A stretch of 54,196 bases of DNA, the filler included, from Candidatus Desantisbacteria bacterium CG1_02_49_89 (lineage in GTDB: Bacteria > Desantisbacteria > UBA1551), in the NCBI GenBank assembly GCA_001871075.1. It is 5 parts of 5 records of this genome, joined end to end, with 100 filler letters (N's around TTAATTAATTAA, not from the genome) between each part and the next. Parts side by side here need not be neighbours in the genome. Positions count along the whole stretch, not along the records: positions 9,936 to 22,606 come from MNUP01000072.1; 4 more parts are not named here. The stretch is one strand, 5' to 3'. A program made the position numbers and the translations under genes. Below the pieces are notes generated by a model, which did no database searches, was not told where the DNA came from, and worked only from the letters and a program-made list of their open reading frames with translations. This document shows, piece by piece, positions 10,097-20,379 of the stretch; the first letter of the stretch is position 1; each line of letters opens with the position of its first letter.

Positions 10097-11302
10097 ATGA
10101 AAAACGATCTCACTGAAAAAGGGATGCTGGTAACCGTATTCTGGTTCCCGATTGTGAATGTGATCATGTACGCAGGTTTGATCTTTTCATTTTTCAGTTC
10201 TTTGACCAAACCGAAAGAATTTAAAAAGAAAACCGGGCTGGATTACGCGATCCTATTTTTTTTCCTGATCGTGGCTCTTTCTGTTTTCACGTCTCAGGAT
10301 AAATTGCTTAGTATTTACGGGCTGGCGGCATTCTGCGCTTACCCGGCGGTTTATTTCCTTTTTTCAAAAAAAATAAACGCGGAAAATATCCCGGGGATCG
10401 CAAGAAATGTTTTCTATTCACTTTTGATTGTTTTGGCGATGGCAGTAGTTCAGGTTGTTGCGCCCGGTCCGTTCCTGCTGAAGAATAAGGGGTTTTTCGA
10501 TTTCCTGGGCCTGGGCTGGGAGAAGGGGCTGAATGCGTGGCCGGGGACAAGGCTTGTGTCAACCCTGGGAAACCCGAATGTCCTGGGCGCTTACCTTATC
10601 CTTGTTCTTCCTGTTCTTGCCTGTTTTTTCCTGTATAAACCGTCTTATAAAACCGGCATTATTTTTATTGCCGGGGCTCTGTGTTTATTTTTTACTTATT
10701 CCAGGGCTGCCTGGATCGGTTTTTTTGCCGGTATCCTGACCATAGCTGTAATATCCCGGAGACGGCTGATCGTTTTATTGTGCCTGCTGATGATGATACC
10801 TTTCGCCGCCATGCCGGGCCTGAGGAACCGGCTTGTTTCGATTTTCAGGCCTTCTGCGCAATACGGCAATGTGGGCAGGTCTTACGCGTGGCAGGCAAGC
10901 ATTAATATGATAAAGGCGCATCCTCTGCTGGGCACCGGCATAAACACATACTACAGGGTGTATCCCGAATACCAGCCGCCTGGGTCAACCGACAGGTATC
11001 CGCATGCGCATAATGTTTTTTTGCAGATCGGAGCTGAAACAGGGCTGACAGGCTTGATGGCGTTCTGCGTTCTCGTTATACTCTTTTTAAAACTTTCGGT
11101 GCAGACCTACAGGAAATACGCGGTGCAGGGAAACGGGCAGGGGCTGCAATGGCTGGTACTCGGTATAATAGGCTCAACCGCGGGATTTCTTGTCCAGAAT
11201 ATCGGTGACTGCACTTTCGTGAGGGGGCAGATGGGCGTGATGTTCTGGGCGATGATGGGTATCGTGAAAGGATTTTCCGGAAGTATTGAGGAACAAAAAT
11301 AA
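10097..11302 (+). CDS. O-antigen ligase family (WaaL/Wzy_C) membrane protein
   Basis: STLGNPNVLGAYL, TYSRAAWIG, HAHNVFLQIGAETG; many TM segments. Confidence 0.88.
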   Translation: MKNDLTEKGMLVTVFWFPIVNVIMYAGLIFSFFSSLTKPKEFKKKTGLDYAILFFFLIVALSVFTSQDKLLSIYGLAAFCAYPAVYFLFSKKINAENIPGIARNVFYSLLIVLAMAVVQVVAPGPFLLKNKGFFDFLGLGWEKGLNAWPGTRLVSTLGNPNVLGAYLILVLPVLACFFLYKPSYKTGIIFIAGALCLFFTYSRAAWIGFFAGILTIAVISRRRLIVLLCLLMMIPFAAMPGLRNRLVSIFRPSAQYGNVGRSYAWQASINMIKAHPLLGTGINTYYRVYPEYQPPGSTDRYPHAHNVFLQIGAETGLTGLMAFCVLVILFLKLSVQTYRKYAVQGNGQGLQWLVLGIIGSTAGFLVQNIGDCTFVRGQMGVMFWAMMGIVKGFSGSIEEQK

Positions 11303-11313
11303 GGAGAGCAGTA

Positions 11314-12015
11314 ATGGAAGAAAAAGAAAAGGGCCTGGTGGAATATCTGGGTGTGATAAAGAAACGAAAATGGATCCTGGTGATCGCGCTGCTTATTGGT
11401 TTTGCGGTTTCGCTGATCAGCGTTATCGCCACGAAGCCGGTATATCGCGTTGAATCCGCTTTTGAGGTCGGTTTCATCCAGTCCGGATATATCGTGGAGT
11501 GTACGAACATGGCGCAGATATGCAGGACCGCGAATTTCAGGAACAAGATCAGGGAAACGCTTTCCCTGCCCGCGGGAGAAGACGTGCCGCTGAACGCAAA
11601 GTCAAGCGGTCCGGTTATTTACCTTATTAGCAATACGCAATTCCCGGAAAGATCGGTAAAAATATTGAATACGGCGATGGATATTATAGTCAGAGAGCAT
11701 GATGCAATGTATAAAGAGGCGATGAAGCCGTTCCTGAGCGAGATCGACAGCTACCGCAGGCAGATAGAAACGCTTCGGTCAGGGCAGGACGAAGTTTCGC
11801 GCATGTATCTGCTGAACCTTAGGATGCAGCTAAGCCAGCTCGAAAAGATACTGGCGCCCTACAGGACTACCAGGGTCCTGTCTCCGGCAGCGGTTTCGGA
11901 AAAACCGGTAAGACCGCGTCCTTTTACCGATATTGCCATTGGTTTACTGCTAGGCCTGCTTGCTGGATTATTCGCTGTTTTTTCAAGGGAATACCTGTTC
12001 CCGGAGAAGTCCTAA
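11314..12015 (+). CDS. Wzz-like chain-length determinant
   Basis: N- and C-terminal TM helices, coiled coil, PVRPRP preceding a Gly-rich TM. Confidence 0.8.
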   Translation: MEEKEKGLVEYLGVIKKRKWILVIALLIGFAVSLISVIATKPVYRVESAFEVGFIQSGYIVECTNMAQICRTANFRNKIRETLSLPAGEDVPLNAKSSGPVIYLISNTQFPERSVKILNTAMDIIVREHDAMYKEAMKPFLSEIDSYRRQIETLRSGQDEVSRMYLLNLRMQLSQLEKILAPYRTTRVLSPAAVSEKPVRPRPFTDIAIGLLLGLLAGLFAVFSREYLFPEKS

Positions 12016-12020
12016 AAACC

Positions 12021-13520
12021 ATGAAATTAAAATCCAGTTCCCTGATCAGGGATATATCGCAGACTTTTGTAGTGGAATTGATCGTTCTGGCAGGTTTTGT
12101 TGTTATATACAGGATCATTGCGGTAAATTTCGGGTCCGAAGGGGTAGGGGAGTATTCTCTTATCAAGAGGGTGATCGCTCTTCTCCAGCCGCTTTTGATC
12201 CTGGGTTTTACCATAGGGATCCCGAGGTATATCGCCTTGTGCGGGAGCAAAGAAGAAGCGGTTCCTTACGCACAGGCGGGTTTTGCGTCAGCCCTCATTT
12301 TTGTTATTTTATTACTGCTGTTGTTAAATGCCTTCGGCGGTTTTTTTTCGAAGATATTTTTCGGCAGCACCTCTTACGCACACCTTGTTTTTCCATTTTC
12401 TGTGCTGATGTTCGGGCTTTCGCTGCATGTGCTTGTTTATTCGTATTTCCGCGGAAACATGCATGTCAGGTCGTTTAACTCGCTCCAGACGATCAATCTT
12501 GCAGTTGCTCCGGTAGCGATCCTCGCATTCTCCGGGAACGTGACACTTGCCCGCCTTGTTATGCTGATGGGGATAAGCACGGCAGTTATTTCCGTGATAT
12601 TCATGATTCCTTTCGCGGGGCGGCTTTTTATGCCGCCGGGGAAAAAAGTGCTGGGCAGATCCCTCAGGGAATTACTTATTTACAGCCTGCCGCGGGTGCC
12701 GGGAGAATTTGCAATGGCAGGGCTTTTTTCTTTAAGCCCGGTTCTTGCGGTCCATTTCGCTTCTATGCGGGATGCGGGATACCTTGCGGTAAGCCAGAGC
12801 CTGGTAACCGGAATATGCGGGATGGCAGCGCCGCTTGGCATAATCCTTCTGCCAAAGGTGAGCAGCCTGGCAGGGCAGGGCAAGCAGGAAAGGATAAGCG
12901 AAGGCATAGGCCTGGTCAACGGTGCTGTTTTTCAATTTTCCATCTTCCTGTTCTTCCAGCTCATAATATTCACAGATGCCATTATAATGCACTGGCTGGG
13001 CCCCGGATTCGCGGGCGCAACCTGCGTTTTTCAGATAGCGCTGATATCCGTATTCTTTTACATGTATTACATATCGATGCGCAGTATCCTGGACGCGGTG
13101 CTTGTAAAACCCGTCAATACGTTCAATATTTTCCTGTCGCTGGGCCTGCTCCTGGGTTTGACGGCGGTATTGCTGATCTTTTGCCGTAGGTCAATTCCGG
13201 CTATTATAAGCATAAGCATAGCGTTCGCCGCGGGCCTTGTGCTCCTGGGTATACTTACTTATGCGTCTGTCAGGAAGCTGTATCCCGATAACCATCGGAA
13301 AGACATGGGATATATATCCGCCGCTTTGATCATTAACCTGCCAATAGCCTTTATTGCCTTTGTTCTAAAGAAGGTTGTCAGCCCAAAACTCATATACCTT
13401 TTGTTTTTTGAGATGGCGGCCTGTGTTGCTTATTTTAGCTTGCTGTGGTTATTCAAAACCGAATGGATAAGGAGGGTATTCGGCAACATGACTGAAAAAA
13501 CCGGAGCTGAACAGGTATGA
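12021..13520 (+). CDS. Wzx-like oligosaccharide flippase
   Basis: Many TM helices; FGSEGVGEYS, IGIPRYIA, ILLPKVS patterns; cluster context. Confidence 0.82.
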   Translation: MKLKSSSLIRDISQTFVVELIVLAGFVVIYRIIAVNFGSEGVGEYSLIKRVIALLQPLLILGFTIGIPRYIALCGSKEEAVPYAQAGFASALIFVILLLLLLNAFGGFFSKIFFGSTSYAHLVFPFSVLMFGLSLHVLVYSYFRGNMHVRSFNSLQTINLAVAPVAILAFSGNVTLARLVMLMGISTAVISVIFMIPFAGRLFMPPGKKVLGRSLRELLIYSLPRVPGEFAMAGLFSLSPVLAVHFASMRDAGYLAVSQSLVTGICGMAAPLGIILLPKVSSLAGQGKQERISEGIGLVNGAVFQFSIFLFFQLIIFTDAIIMHWLGPGFAGATCVFQIALISVFFYMYYISMRSILDAVLVKPVNTFNIFLSLGLLLGLTAVLLIFCRRSIPAIISISIAFAAGLVLLGILTYASVRKLYPDNHRKDMGYISAALIINLPIAFIAFVLKKVVSPKLIYLLFFEMAACVAYFSLLWLFKTEWIRRVFGNMTEKTGAEQV

Positions 13521-14647
13521 TCGCAAAAATCTTTCTTTCTCTTCTGCCTTTAGCGATCCTGGGCATAACACCACGATCGTGGACAGCATCCGTGATCGGA
13601 ACTGCCGGATACTGCCTTGCGGCATTCGTTTCATCGGTTTCCGGCCAAAACGGCAAAAGATCCGAAGGCCTTTCCTGGGTTTATGTTTCCGCGATCGGTA
13701 TTTTTCTACTGGCAGAGATGCTTTTTAATCCTTCAATGAACGGCTACGGCACGGAAAAAGGATTCTACTTCCTGCTTATAGTGCTTCCTTTCAGCTTGGC
13801 TGCAAGCAGGCTTGTAAGGGCTCCCGAGGATTTCCGCTTTGTAATGCTTGGTTTCCTGCCGCTTGGCTTGGTCCTCGCGCTGATGACGGTTGTCCTGAAC
13901 CGTCCTATTCTTGGAATATCCCGGTATTCCTGGACAGGTAATTTATGTGCCATAAGCGCGGTCATCCTGCTGCAGTTCAAGATCATAAAGAACAAGATGA
14001 TTGCCTTTTTGCTTTTTTTACTTTCCTCGGCAGGAGTCGCGGTCTCCGCGTCAAAACAGGCGGCCGTCATGCTTGTTGCCGGATTTGCCGCCACGCTTCT
14101 ATTCAATTGCTTTGATCTTAAAAGAAGAAAAAAAGATATTCTTATCCTGTCCGCGATCGTCCTGGTACTGGTTTTCTTCTGGAACCAGTTTACCGGCCTG
14201 CCGGTGATGCATCACCTGATGGGCAGGATCCAGCACAGTATGCGGTTTGACGACCGCGTCCTGATGCTTCCTGCTGCCTGGAACGGGTTCCTGGCATCTC
14301 CCTTTGCGGGTATAGGGATAGGTAATTACGCAGAAATATATACGGATTTTTCATACTTTTACCCCCATAATATATTCTTGGAGATCCTGTGCGAATTCGG
14401 AGCGGCTGGAATGATCATATTTTTCCTGCCGATAATTTTGCTCTGCGTTTTCCTGATTTCAAAATGGTCAAAGACCGGGAATGATTATTACAGGTACCTT
14501 TTTCTTTTTTTTCTTTGTTTTCTTGTGGTAGCAAACTTCGGCGGAGATTTTCAGAGCAATAGGGGAGTATGGGTTTTTGGCATAATGATGTTCGGTTTCC
14601 TGTCTTTTCCTAAATACGCAGGTAATAATACACAAGATGGAAGATAA
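13517..14647 (+). CDS. Wzy-like polymerase / O-antigen ligase family
   Basis: GIGIGNY, YPHNIFLEILCEFG; multi-TM. Confidence 0.78.
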   Translation: MIAKIFLSLLPLAILGITPRSWTASVIGTAGYCLAAFVSSVSGQNGKRSEGLSWVYVSAIGIFLLAEMLFNPSMNGYGTEKGFYFLLIVLPFSLAASRLVRAPEDFRFVMLGFLPLGLVLALMTVVLNRPILGISRYSWTGNLCAISAVILLQFKIIKNKMIAFLLFLLSSAGVAVSASKQAAVMLVAGFAATLLFNCFDLKRRKKDILILSAIVLVLVFFWNQFTGLPVMHHLMGRIQHSMRFDDRVLMLPAAWNGFLASPFAGIGIGNYAEIYTDFSYFYPHNIFLEILCEFGAAGMIIFFLPIILLCVFLISKWSKTGNDYYRYLFLFFLCFLVVANFGGDFQSNRGVWVFGIMMFGFLSFPKYAGNNTQDGR

Positions 14648-15650
14648 AAAGCCGTTCGTTTCGGTGATCATTCCCTGCAGGAATGAAAAAGAATTCATAA
14701 GAGATTGCCTGGAATCCATTATTGCCCAGGACTATCCAAAGGATAATCTTGAGTTTTTGGTTGTTGATGGCATGAGCGAAGACGGGACACGTGACATAAT
14801 CAGGCAGTTTTCATGCCGGCATCCTTTTATCAAACTCATAGACAATCCGAGAAGAATTACCCCCTGTGCATTTAATACAGGTATTAAAAATGCAAGCGGT
14901 GAAGTAATTATAAGAATGGACGCGCACGCTGTTTATAAAGAGGATTATATTTCAAAGTGCGTAAAATACTTATTTGAATACAGAGCGGACAACGTCGGCG
15001 GTGTGCTTGTAACCAGGCAGAGAGAAGACAGCTTTATCGGTAGGGCAATAGCACGGGCTTTGTCAAATAGTTTTGGGGTTGGCAACTCCATTTTCAGGAC
15101 GGGCGCGGAAAAACCTGTATGGGTTGATACGGTTTTCGGAGGTTGTTACAAAAAGGAAATTTTTGATAAAGTCGGACTTTTTAACGAAGACCTGATTTTC
15201 AGCCAGGATATAGACTTTAATCAAAGGTTGAAAAGAGCAGGGGGCAGAATATTGCTTCATCCTGATATAAAAAGTTATTATTATGCAAGATCCAGATTTA
15301 TGGATTTCTGCAGGTATAATTTTAAAAACGGAGTATGGATCACGTATCCATTAAAATTTGTAAAAACATTTCCTTTCTCATTAAGGCATATTATCCCGCT
15401 TATTTTTGCATCAAGCCTTATTATTCTGGCTGCACTGTCGCCTTTTTTTGTATTTTTTTTCTGGTTGTTTATATGTATATCAGGATTTTATTTTGTCATA
15501 AATATTTTTTTCTCAGCGAAAATAGCCATGAATGAATCTGATTTTCGATATTTATTTATTATGCCCGTAGTATTTTTTTCACTTCATTTCCTATACGGAT
15601 TAGGTTCTATCTGGGGAATAATAAAATTGCCGGGGAGACAGCGTGGTTGA
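14637..15650 (+). CDS. GT2 glycosyltransferase (ExoA-like)
   Basis: VSVIIPCRNE, VVDGMSEDGT, IIRMDAHA, QDIDFNQR. Confidence 0.92.
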   Translation: MEDKKPFVSVIIPCRNEKEFIRDCLESIIAQDYPKDNLEFLVVDGMSEDGTRDIIRQFSCRHPFIKLIDNPRRITPCAFNTGIKNASGEVIIRMDAHAVYKEDYISKCVKYLFEYRADNVGGVLVTRQREDSFIGRAIARALSNSFGVGNSIFRTGAEKPVWVDTVFGGCYKKEIFDKVGLFNEDLIFSQDIDFNQRLKRAGGRILLHPDIKSYYYARSRFMDFCRYNFKNGVWITYPLKFVKTFPFSLRHIIPLIFASSLIILAALSPFFVFFFWLFICISGFYFVINIFFSAKIAMNESDFRYLFIMPVVFFSLHFLYGLGSIWGIIKLPGRQRG

Positions 15651-16425
15651 TCCAAGAAAGCAAGATGAGGCCGAGTTTCACGACAAACTTAGAAATGAAT
15701 CGCTCAAGTATGAAGATGGCAAATACAGATATCTGACATCAAATAGAAAATATTATTCGGTTGTCCGCAGATCCAGGGATTTTACCCGTGAGTGGCTTAA
15801 AAAGAGATGCCGCGGCAGAAAAGGTCTTGATTACTGCTGCGGGAACGGCGAAAATAATATTTTTATGGCAAAGAACGGCGCGGAGAGCATGGGTATTGAC
15901 ATTTCAGGTATTTCGGTTGAAAACTGCAAGAAGCATGCTTTTGAAGAGGGAGTGGGCGATAAAGCCTCTTTTCTGGTGATGGACGCGGAAAACATGAAGT
16001 TTGAAAACGATAGTTTCGATGTCGTTATCTGCAGCGGAGTGCTTCATCATCTTGATATAGAAAAAGCTTTCAGGGAACTGTCCAGAGTTCTAAAACCCGA
16101 AGGGGAAATCATCTGCATCGAGCCGCTTGTATACAACCCGCTGTTTCAGTTATACAGGAGAATAACTCCGCAGTTGAGAACCAAATGGGAGACGGAGCAC
16201 ATTCTCACGCTGAATGACCTGGAAAAAGCAAAGAAATACTTCGGGAAAATAAACACAAGTTTCTACCACCTTTTTACGCTTCTTGCAGTGCCTTTCAGGA
16301 ACAGCAGATTTTTTGACCCGATCCTTAGACTGCTGGAAGCAGCGGATTCAGTGGCAATGAAGCTGCCGCTCGTGCAGCTGATGGCGTGGCAGATGGTTTT
16401 CATACTTTCAAAACCTTTAAAATGA
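15643..16425 (+). CDS. Class I SAM-dependent methyltransferase
   Basis: LDYCCGNG, GIDIS, FDVVICSGVLHH, RVLKPEG. Confidence 0.9.
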   Translation: MVDPRKQDEAEFHDKLRNESLKYEDGKYRYLTSNRKYYSVVRRSRDFTREWLKKRCRGRKGLDYCCGNGENNIFMAKNGAESMGIDISGISVENCKKHAFEEGVGDKASFLVMDAENMKFENDSFDVVICSGVLHHLDIEKAFRELSRVLKPEGEIICIEPLVYNPLFQLYRRITPQLRTKWETEHILTLNDLEKAKKYFGKINTSFYHLFTLLAVPFRNSRFFDPILRLLEAADSVAMKLPLVQLMAWQMVFILSKPLK

Positions 16426-16601
16426 CCACCAGTATGTCATTGCGAGCCCTAAGGGCGCGGCAATCCAGATACGAGATTGCTTCGCTATCGCTCGCAACGA
16501 CGGATTGTCCCGAAGGGATCCCTTTGGGACTTCGTCGCTTCTCTCCCCGCAATGACAGAAAAGGCATTTATGTCGCAAGGTTTCATTAATTATAGGTTAA
16601 A

Positions 16602-17198
16602 ATGTTAAAGCGACTGTTTGATATAATTGTTTCTGCTGCGGGAATCCTGTTGCTTTCACCTTTCTTTGTGATTACCGCAGCAATAATAAAACTGGATTCA
16701 AAAGGGCCTGTTTTTTACAGGGGTGTGAGGGTAGGCAGGAAAGGTAAATTGTTTAAAATTTACAAGTTCAGGACTATGGTAGCAGATGCCGATAGGATCG
16801 GAGGTTCTTCGACGCCTGAAGATGATCCGAGGGTCACGAGGATCGGAGGAATGCTCAGGAAATTCAAGCTGGACGAACTGCCCCAGCTTCTTAACGTGCT
16901 TGAGGGCGATATGAGCTTTGTGGGACCCAGGCCGGAGGTTTCATTTTATGTCAACATGTTCAAAGAAGAGGAAAAAGTAATCCTTAATGTAAAACCAGGT
17001 ATTACTGATTGGGCTTCATTGTGGAATTCAAATGAAGGTGCGGTTCTTGCCGGAAGTTCTGATCCAGAAAAAATTTATATGGAAAAAATAAGACCAGAAA
17101 AAATAAAGTTGCAGTTAAAATACATTAAGGAACAATCATTCAGTGTAGATCTGAAAATAATATTTTTAACGCTAAGAAAAATCGTATTTAGAATATAA
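16602..17198 (+). CDS. Priming undecaprenyl-phosphate sugar phosphotransferase (Bac_transf)
   Basis: KRLFDII, KFRTM, LDELPQLLNVLEGDMSFVGPRP. Confidence 0.95.
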   Translation: MLKRLFDIIVSAAGILLLSPFFVITAAIIKLDSKGPVFYRGVRVGRKGKLFKIYKFRTMVADADRIGGSSTPEDDPRVTRIGGMLRKFKLDELPQLLNVLEGDMSFVGPRPEVSFYVNMFKEEEKVILNVKPGITDWASLWNSNEGAVLAGSSDPEKIYMEKIRPEKIKLQLKYIKEQSFSVDLKIIFLTLRKIVFRI

Positions 17199-17262
17199 GT
17201 CTGCAGTCAATTATGCAATTGTTTGAATTTTTATTGTTTAACTTATAATAAAACAGGGAGCC

Positions 17263-18243
17263 ATGAAATATTCCAGGACATTGCTAAAAAACTTTTATAA
17301 GACAATGCTACGGATTAGGTTGTGCGAGGAAAGATTTGTCCACCCCATAATAAACGGCGAAATAAAATGTCCTGTGCATTTATATTCCGGCCAGGAAGCA
17401 GTTGCTGCCGGCGTATGCGCAGCTCTGCGCGCGACAGATTACGTTTTCGGCAACCACCGTTCCCACGGCCATTTTCTGGCAAAAGGCGGTAGCTTGAAAA
17501 AACTTGTCGCTGAGGTTTATTGCAGGGAAACCGGTTGTTCCCGGGGCAGGGGAGGATCCATGCACCTTATAGATGTTAACAAAGGCATGCTTGGATCAAC
17601 GCCGATAGTGGCAGGCACCATATCTCTTGCACTTGGCGCATCACTTGCTTCAAAAATAAGGAAAGATAGGCGCGTAACTGTCAGTTTTTTTGGCGACGGT
17701 GCTGCGGGCGAGGGTGTTATGTATGAATCCTTGAACTTCGCGGCACTTAATAAATTACCTATTATTTTTGTCTGCGAAAACAATCTGTATTCAACGCATA
17801 TGTCTTTAAGAGAATGTAGAACGAAAAATAATATTTACAGGATAGGCGGGTATTTTGGCGTTCGGAGTTACCGTTCTGATGGTAATGATGTGCTTAAGGT
17901 TTATGAAAGAGTCAATAGGGCTGTGAAGTTATGCAGGTCGGGAAATGGACCGGTATTTATCGAATTCATGACTTACAGAATGCGCGGGCACGTCGGGCCG
18001 AACGACAACATCCATGGATTGCATACAGACATAAGGCCAAAAAAAGAGATTGCGGAATGGCGAAAAAAAGACCCAATCAGGAAATTCAGCAAATACCTTG
18101 CGGAAGAAGGTGTTTTAAGCGAAAAAGACCTGGAATCAATAAAAGAAAAAGTGAATAAAGAAATTGCTGGGGCGTTCTTGTTTGCGAAGAGAAGCCCTTT
18201 TCCAAAAAAGGAAGAGTTGGGCAGATATGTCTTCAGGGAATAG
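17263..18243 (+). CDS. TPP-dependent dehydrogenase E1 alpha-like subunit
   Basis: HLYSGQEA, GRGGSMH, GDGA...ENN TPP motif, YRMRGH. Confidence 0.93.
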   Translation: MKYSRTLLKNFYKTMLRIRLCEERFVHPIINGEIKCPVHLYSGQEAVAAGVCAALRATDYVFGNHRSHGHFLAKGGSLKKLVAEVYCRETGCSRGRGGSMHLIDVNKGMLGSTPIVAGTISLALGASLASKIRKDRRVTVSFFGDGAAGEGVMYESLNFAALNKLPIIFVCENNLYSTHMSLRECRTKNNIYRIGGYFGVRSYRSDGNDVLKVYERVNRAVKLCRSGNGPVFIEFMTYRMRGHVGPNDNIHGLHTDIRPKKEIAEWRKKDPIRKFSKYLAEEGVLSEKDLESIKEKVNKEIAGAFLFAKRSPFPKKEELGRYVFRE

Positions 18244-19222
18244 AATTCTGCAATACAGCTTGGCTATCAATGAAGCCCTGCACCAGATAATGGCTGCGGA
18301 TAAATCCGTATTCCTTATAGGGCAAGGGGTTAAGAGCCCTTGGTATGTGGGAAACACTACCGGGGGTCTGTTAAAAAAATACGGCGCAAGCCGTATTATT
18401 GATACTCCTGTTTCGGAAAATGCAGTTACGGGAACGGCTGTGGGGGCTGCTATTGCCGGCATGAGGTCGGTCGTCGTCCATCCGAGGATTGATTTCATGG
18501 TATACGCCTTTGACCCGGTCATTAACGAGGCGGCGAATTACCATTACATGTTCGGTGGCAGAGTCTGCGTACCGGTTGTTATCTGGGGCATAGTGAACAG
18601 GGGCGGAGAGCAGGCAGCCCAGCACTCCCAGTCACTTCACGCTCTCTTTGCACATATTCCGGGTTTAAAAGTTGTCATGCCTTCAACGCCTTATGACGCA
18701 AAAGGGCTGATGATCGCAGCCATTAAAGACAATAATCCAGTTTTATTCATAGATGACCGCTGGCTGTACGGCATTAAGGGAAATGTGCCGCGCGACATGT
18801 ATACAGTCCCAATAGGCAGGGCGGTCATACGTAAAAAAGGCAGAGACGTAACCCTGATTTCAGTTTCATACATGGCCGAGGTGTCAAGACAGGCGGCCCT
18901 GATGCTGGTAAAACAGGGCATCAGCGTTGAACTTATCGACCTCAGAACAGTTAAGCCTCTTGATAAAGAGATGGTCCTCAGGTCGCTGAAAAAAACAGGT
19001 AGGTTGATAATCGCTGACGGAGGATGGAAGACCTGCGGAATGGCGGCTGAAATATCGGCGTCTATTTCTGAAGAAGGATTCAGGTACCTTAAAGTTCCGA
19101 TAAAAAGGATAACGCTTCCTGATATTCCGGCCCCCGCAAGTTCAGTTTTGGAAAAGGCATATTATCCGTCAATCGGGGATATAGTAAGCGCCGCAAAGAA
19201 AATGATGCAAAAATCGGCGTAA
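18227..19222 (+). CDS. E1 beta-like (transketolase C-type) subunit
   Basis: DTPVSE, AQHSQS, PSTPYDAKGL, IDLRTVKPLD; ATG 18227 overlaps the end of alpha. Confidence 0.92.
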   Translation: MSSGNRILQYSLAINEALHQIMAADKSVFLIGQGVKSPWYVGNTTGGLLKKYGASRIIDTPVSENAVTGTAVGAAIAGMRSVVVHPRIDFMVYAFDPVINEAANYHYMFGGRVCVPVVIWGIVNRGGEQAAQHSQSLHALFAHIPGLKVVMPSTPYDAKGLMIAAIKDNNPVLFIDDRWLYGIKGNVPRDMYTVPIGRAVIRKKGRDVTLISVSYMAEVSRQAALMLVKQGISVELIDLRTVKPLDKEMVLRSLKKTGRLIIADGGWKTCGMAAEISASISEEGFRYLKVPIKRITLPDIPAPASSVLEKAYYPSIGDIVSAAKKMMQKSA

Positions 19223-19256
19223 TCTTAGTCTGCAATCTATGCAATCAGGAGTTCTA

Positions 19257-20366
19257 ATGTCATATAAAGTTCGTTTTGTAGATCCGGCTAGGAATTACAA
19301 GATGATCAAAAAAGAGATTGACGCAGCTTATCATGAAGTGATGTCGCGCGGGGACCTTATTATGCGCGGACAGCTGAAGCACTTCGAAGAAAAGCTTGCG
19401 GGGTTCGTCGGCACAAAATACGCGGTCGGGCTCAATAGCGGATATGACGCACTTCATATTTCCATGATGGCCGCGGGGATAAAGTCCGGCGACGAAGTGA
19501 TAGTTCCCGCGCATACGTTTCTCGCTACTGCATCCGCGGTTGTAAACGCGGGTGGCAGACTGGTTCTTGCGGACGTGTCAGAGGATTATAATGTTGATCC
19601 CGGAAAGATCGAAAAGGCGATTACTTCGAGGTCAAAGGCTATAATACCCGTGCACTTGAACGGCAGGGCATGCGACATGGATGCGGTAATGTCTATTGCA
19701 ATAAAACACAGGCTTGTTGTCATTGAGGATGCCTGCCAGTCGCTCGGAGCTACCTTCCGCGGCAAAAAAACCGGCTCCTTCGGTTTAACGGGCTGCTGGA
19801 GTTTTTATCCTTTCAAGATACTCGGTGGCTACGGAGACGGAGGCGCAATAACGACTAATGACGCAAAAGTTGAAAGATACGCAAAATTGCTGCGTTATAA
19901 CGGAGAAAAAAAAGAAACCGGCGCCTATTACTACCACGGTTTTACATGCCTGCTTGATAATATCCAGGCGGCTTTTCTTGCCGTAAAACTGCGTCATCTT
20001 CCTGAATGGCTGAGAAGGCGCAGGAAGATCGCGGATATTTACAGAAAGGGATTGAGCGGCATAGAGGGTCTGAAGCTGCCGCATTTTGAGGACAAGAGAT
20101 TCGGGGATGTTTTCCAGAATTATGTCGTTAGGACGAGTAGAAGGGATGAGCTGTATAATCACCTGAAAAAAAACGGGGTAGAAATACTCATACACTGGAG
20201 GATCCCTTATTATAAATATAAAGGTCTTAAACTTAAGACCGGAAGATTTTCCGAGACTGAATCTATTTCGCGCGAGGTCCTTTCGCTGCCCATGAACGTT
20301 GAAATAACCGATGCCCAGGTCAAATATGTGATAAAGACCATATGCAATTTTTTTCAATTTATGTAA
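19257..20366 (+). CDS. DegT family sugar aminotransferase
   Basis: NSGYDAL, IEDACQS, SFYPFKILGGYGDGG; AGGAG before ATG 19257. Confidence 0.93.
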   Translation: MSYKVRFVDPARNYKMIKKEIDAAYHEVMSRGDLIMRGQLKHFEEKLAGFVGTKYAVGLNSGYDALHISMMAAGIKSGDEVIVPAHTFLATASAVVNAGGRLVLADVSEDYNVDPGKIEKAITSRSKAIIPVHLNGRACDMDAVMSIAIKHRLVVIEDACQSLGATFRGKKTGSFGLTGCWSFYPFKILGGYGDGGAITTNDAKVERYAKLLRYNGEKKETGAYYYHGFTCLLDNIQAAFLAVKLRHLPEWLRRRRKIADIYRKGLSGIEGLKLPHFEDKRFGDVFQNYVVRTSRRDELYNHLKKNGVEILIHWRIPYYKYKGLKLKTGRFSETESISREVLSLPMNVEITDAQVKYVIKTICNFFQFM

Positions 20367-20379
20367 TCAGGAAGTAAAA

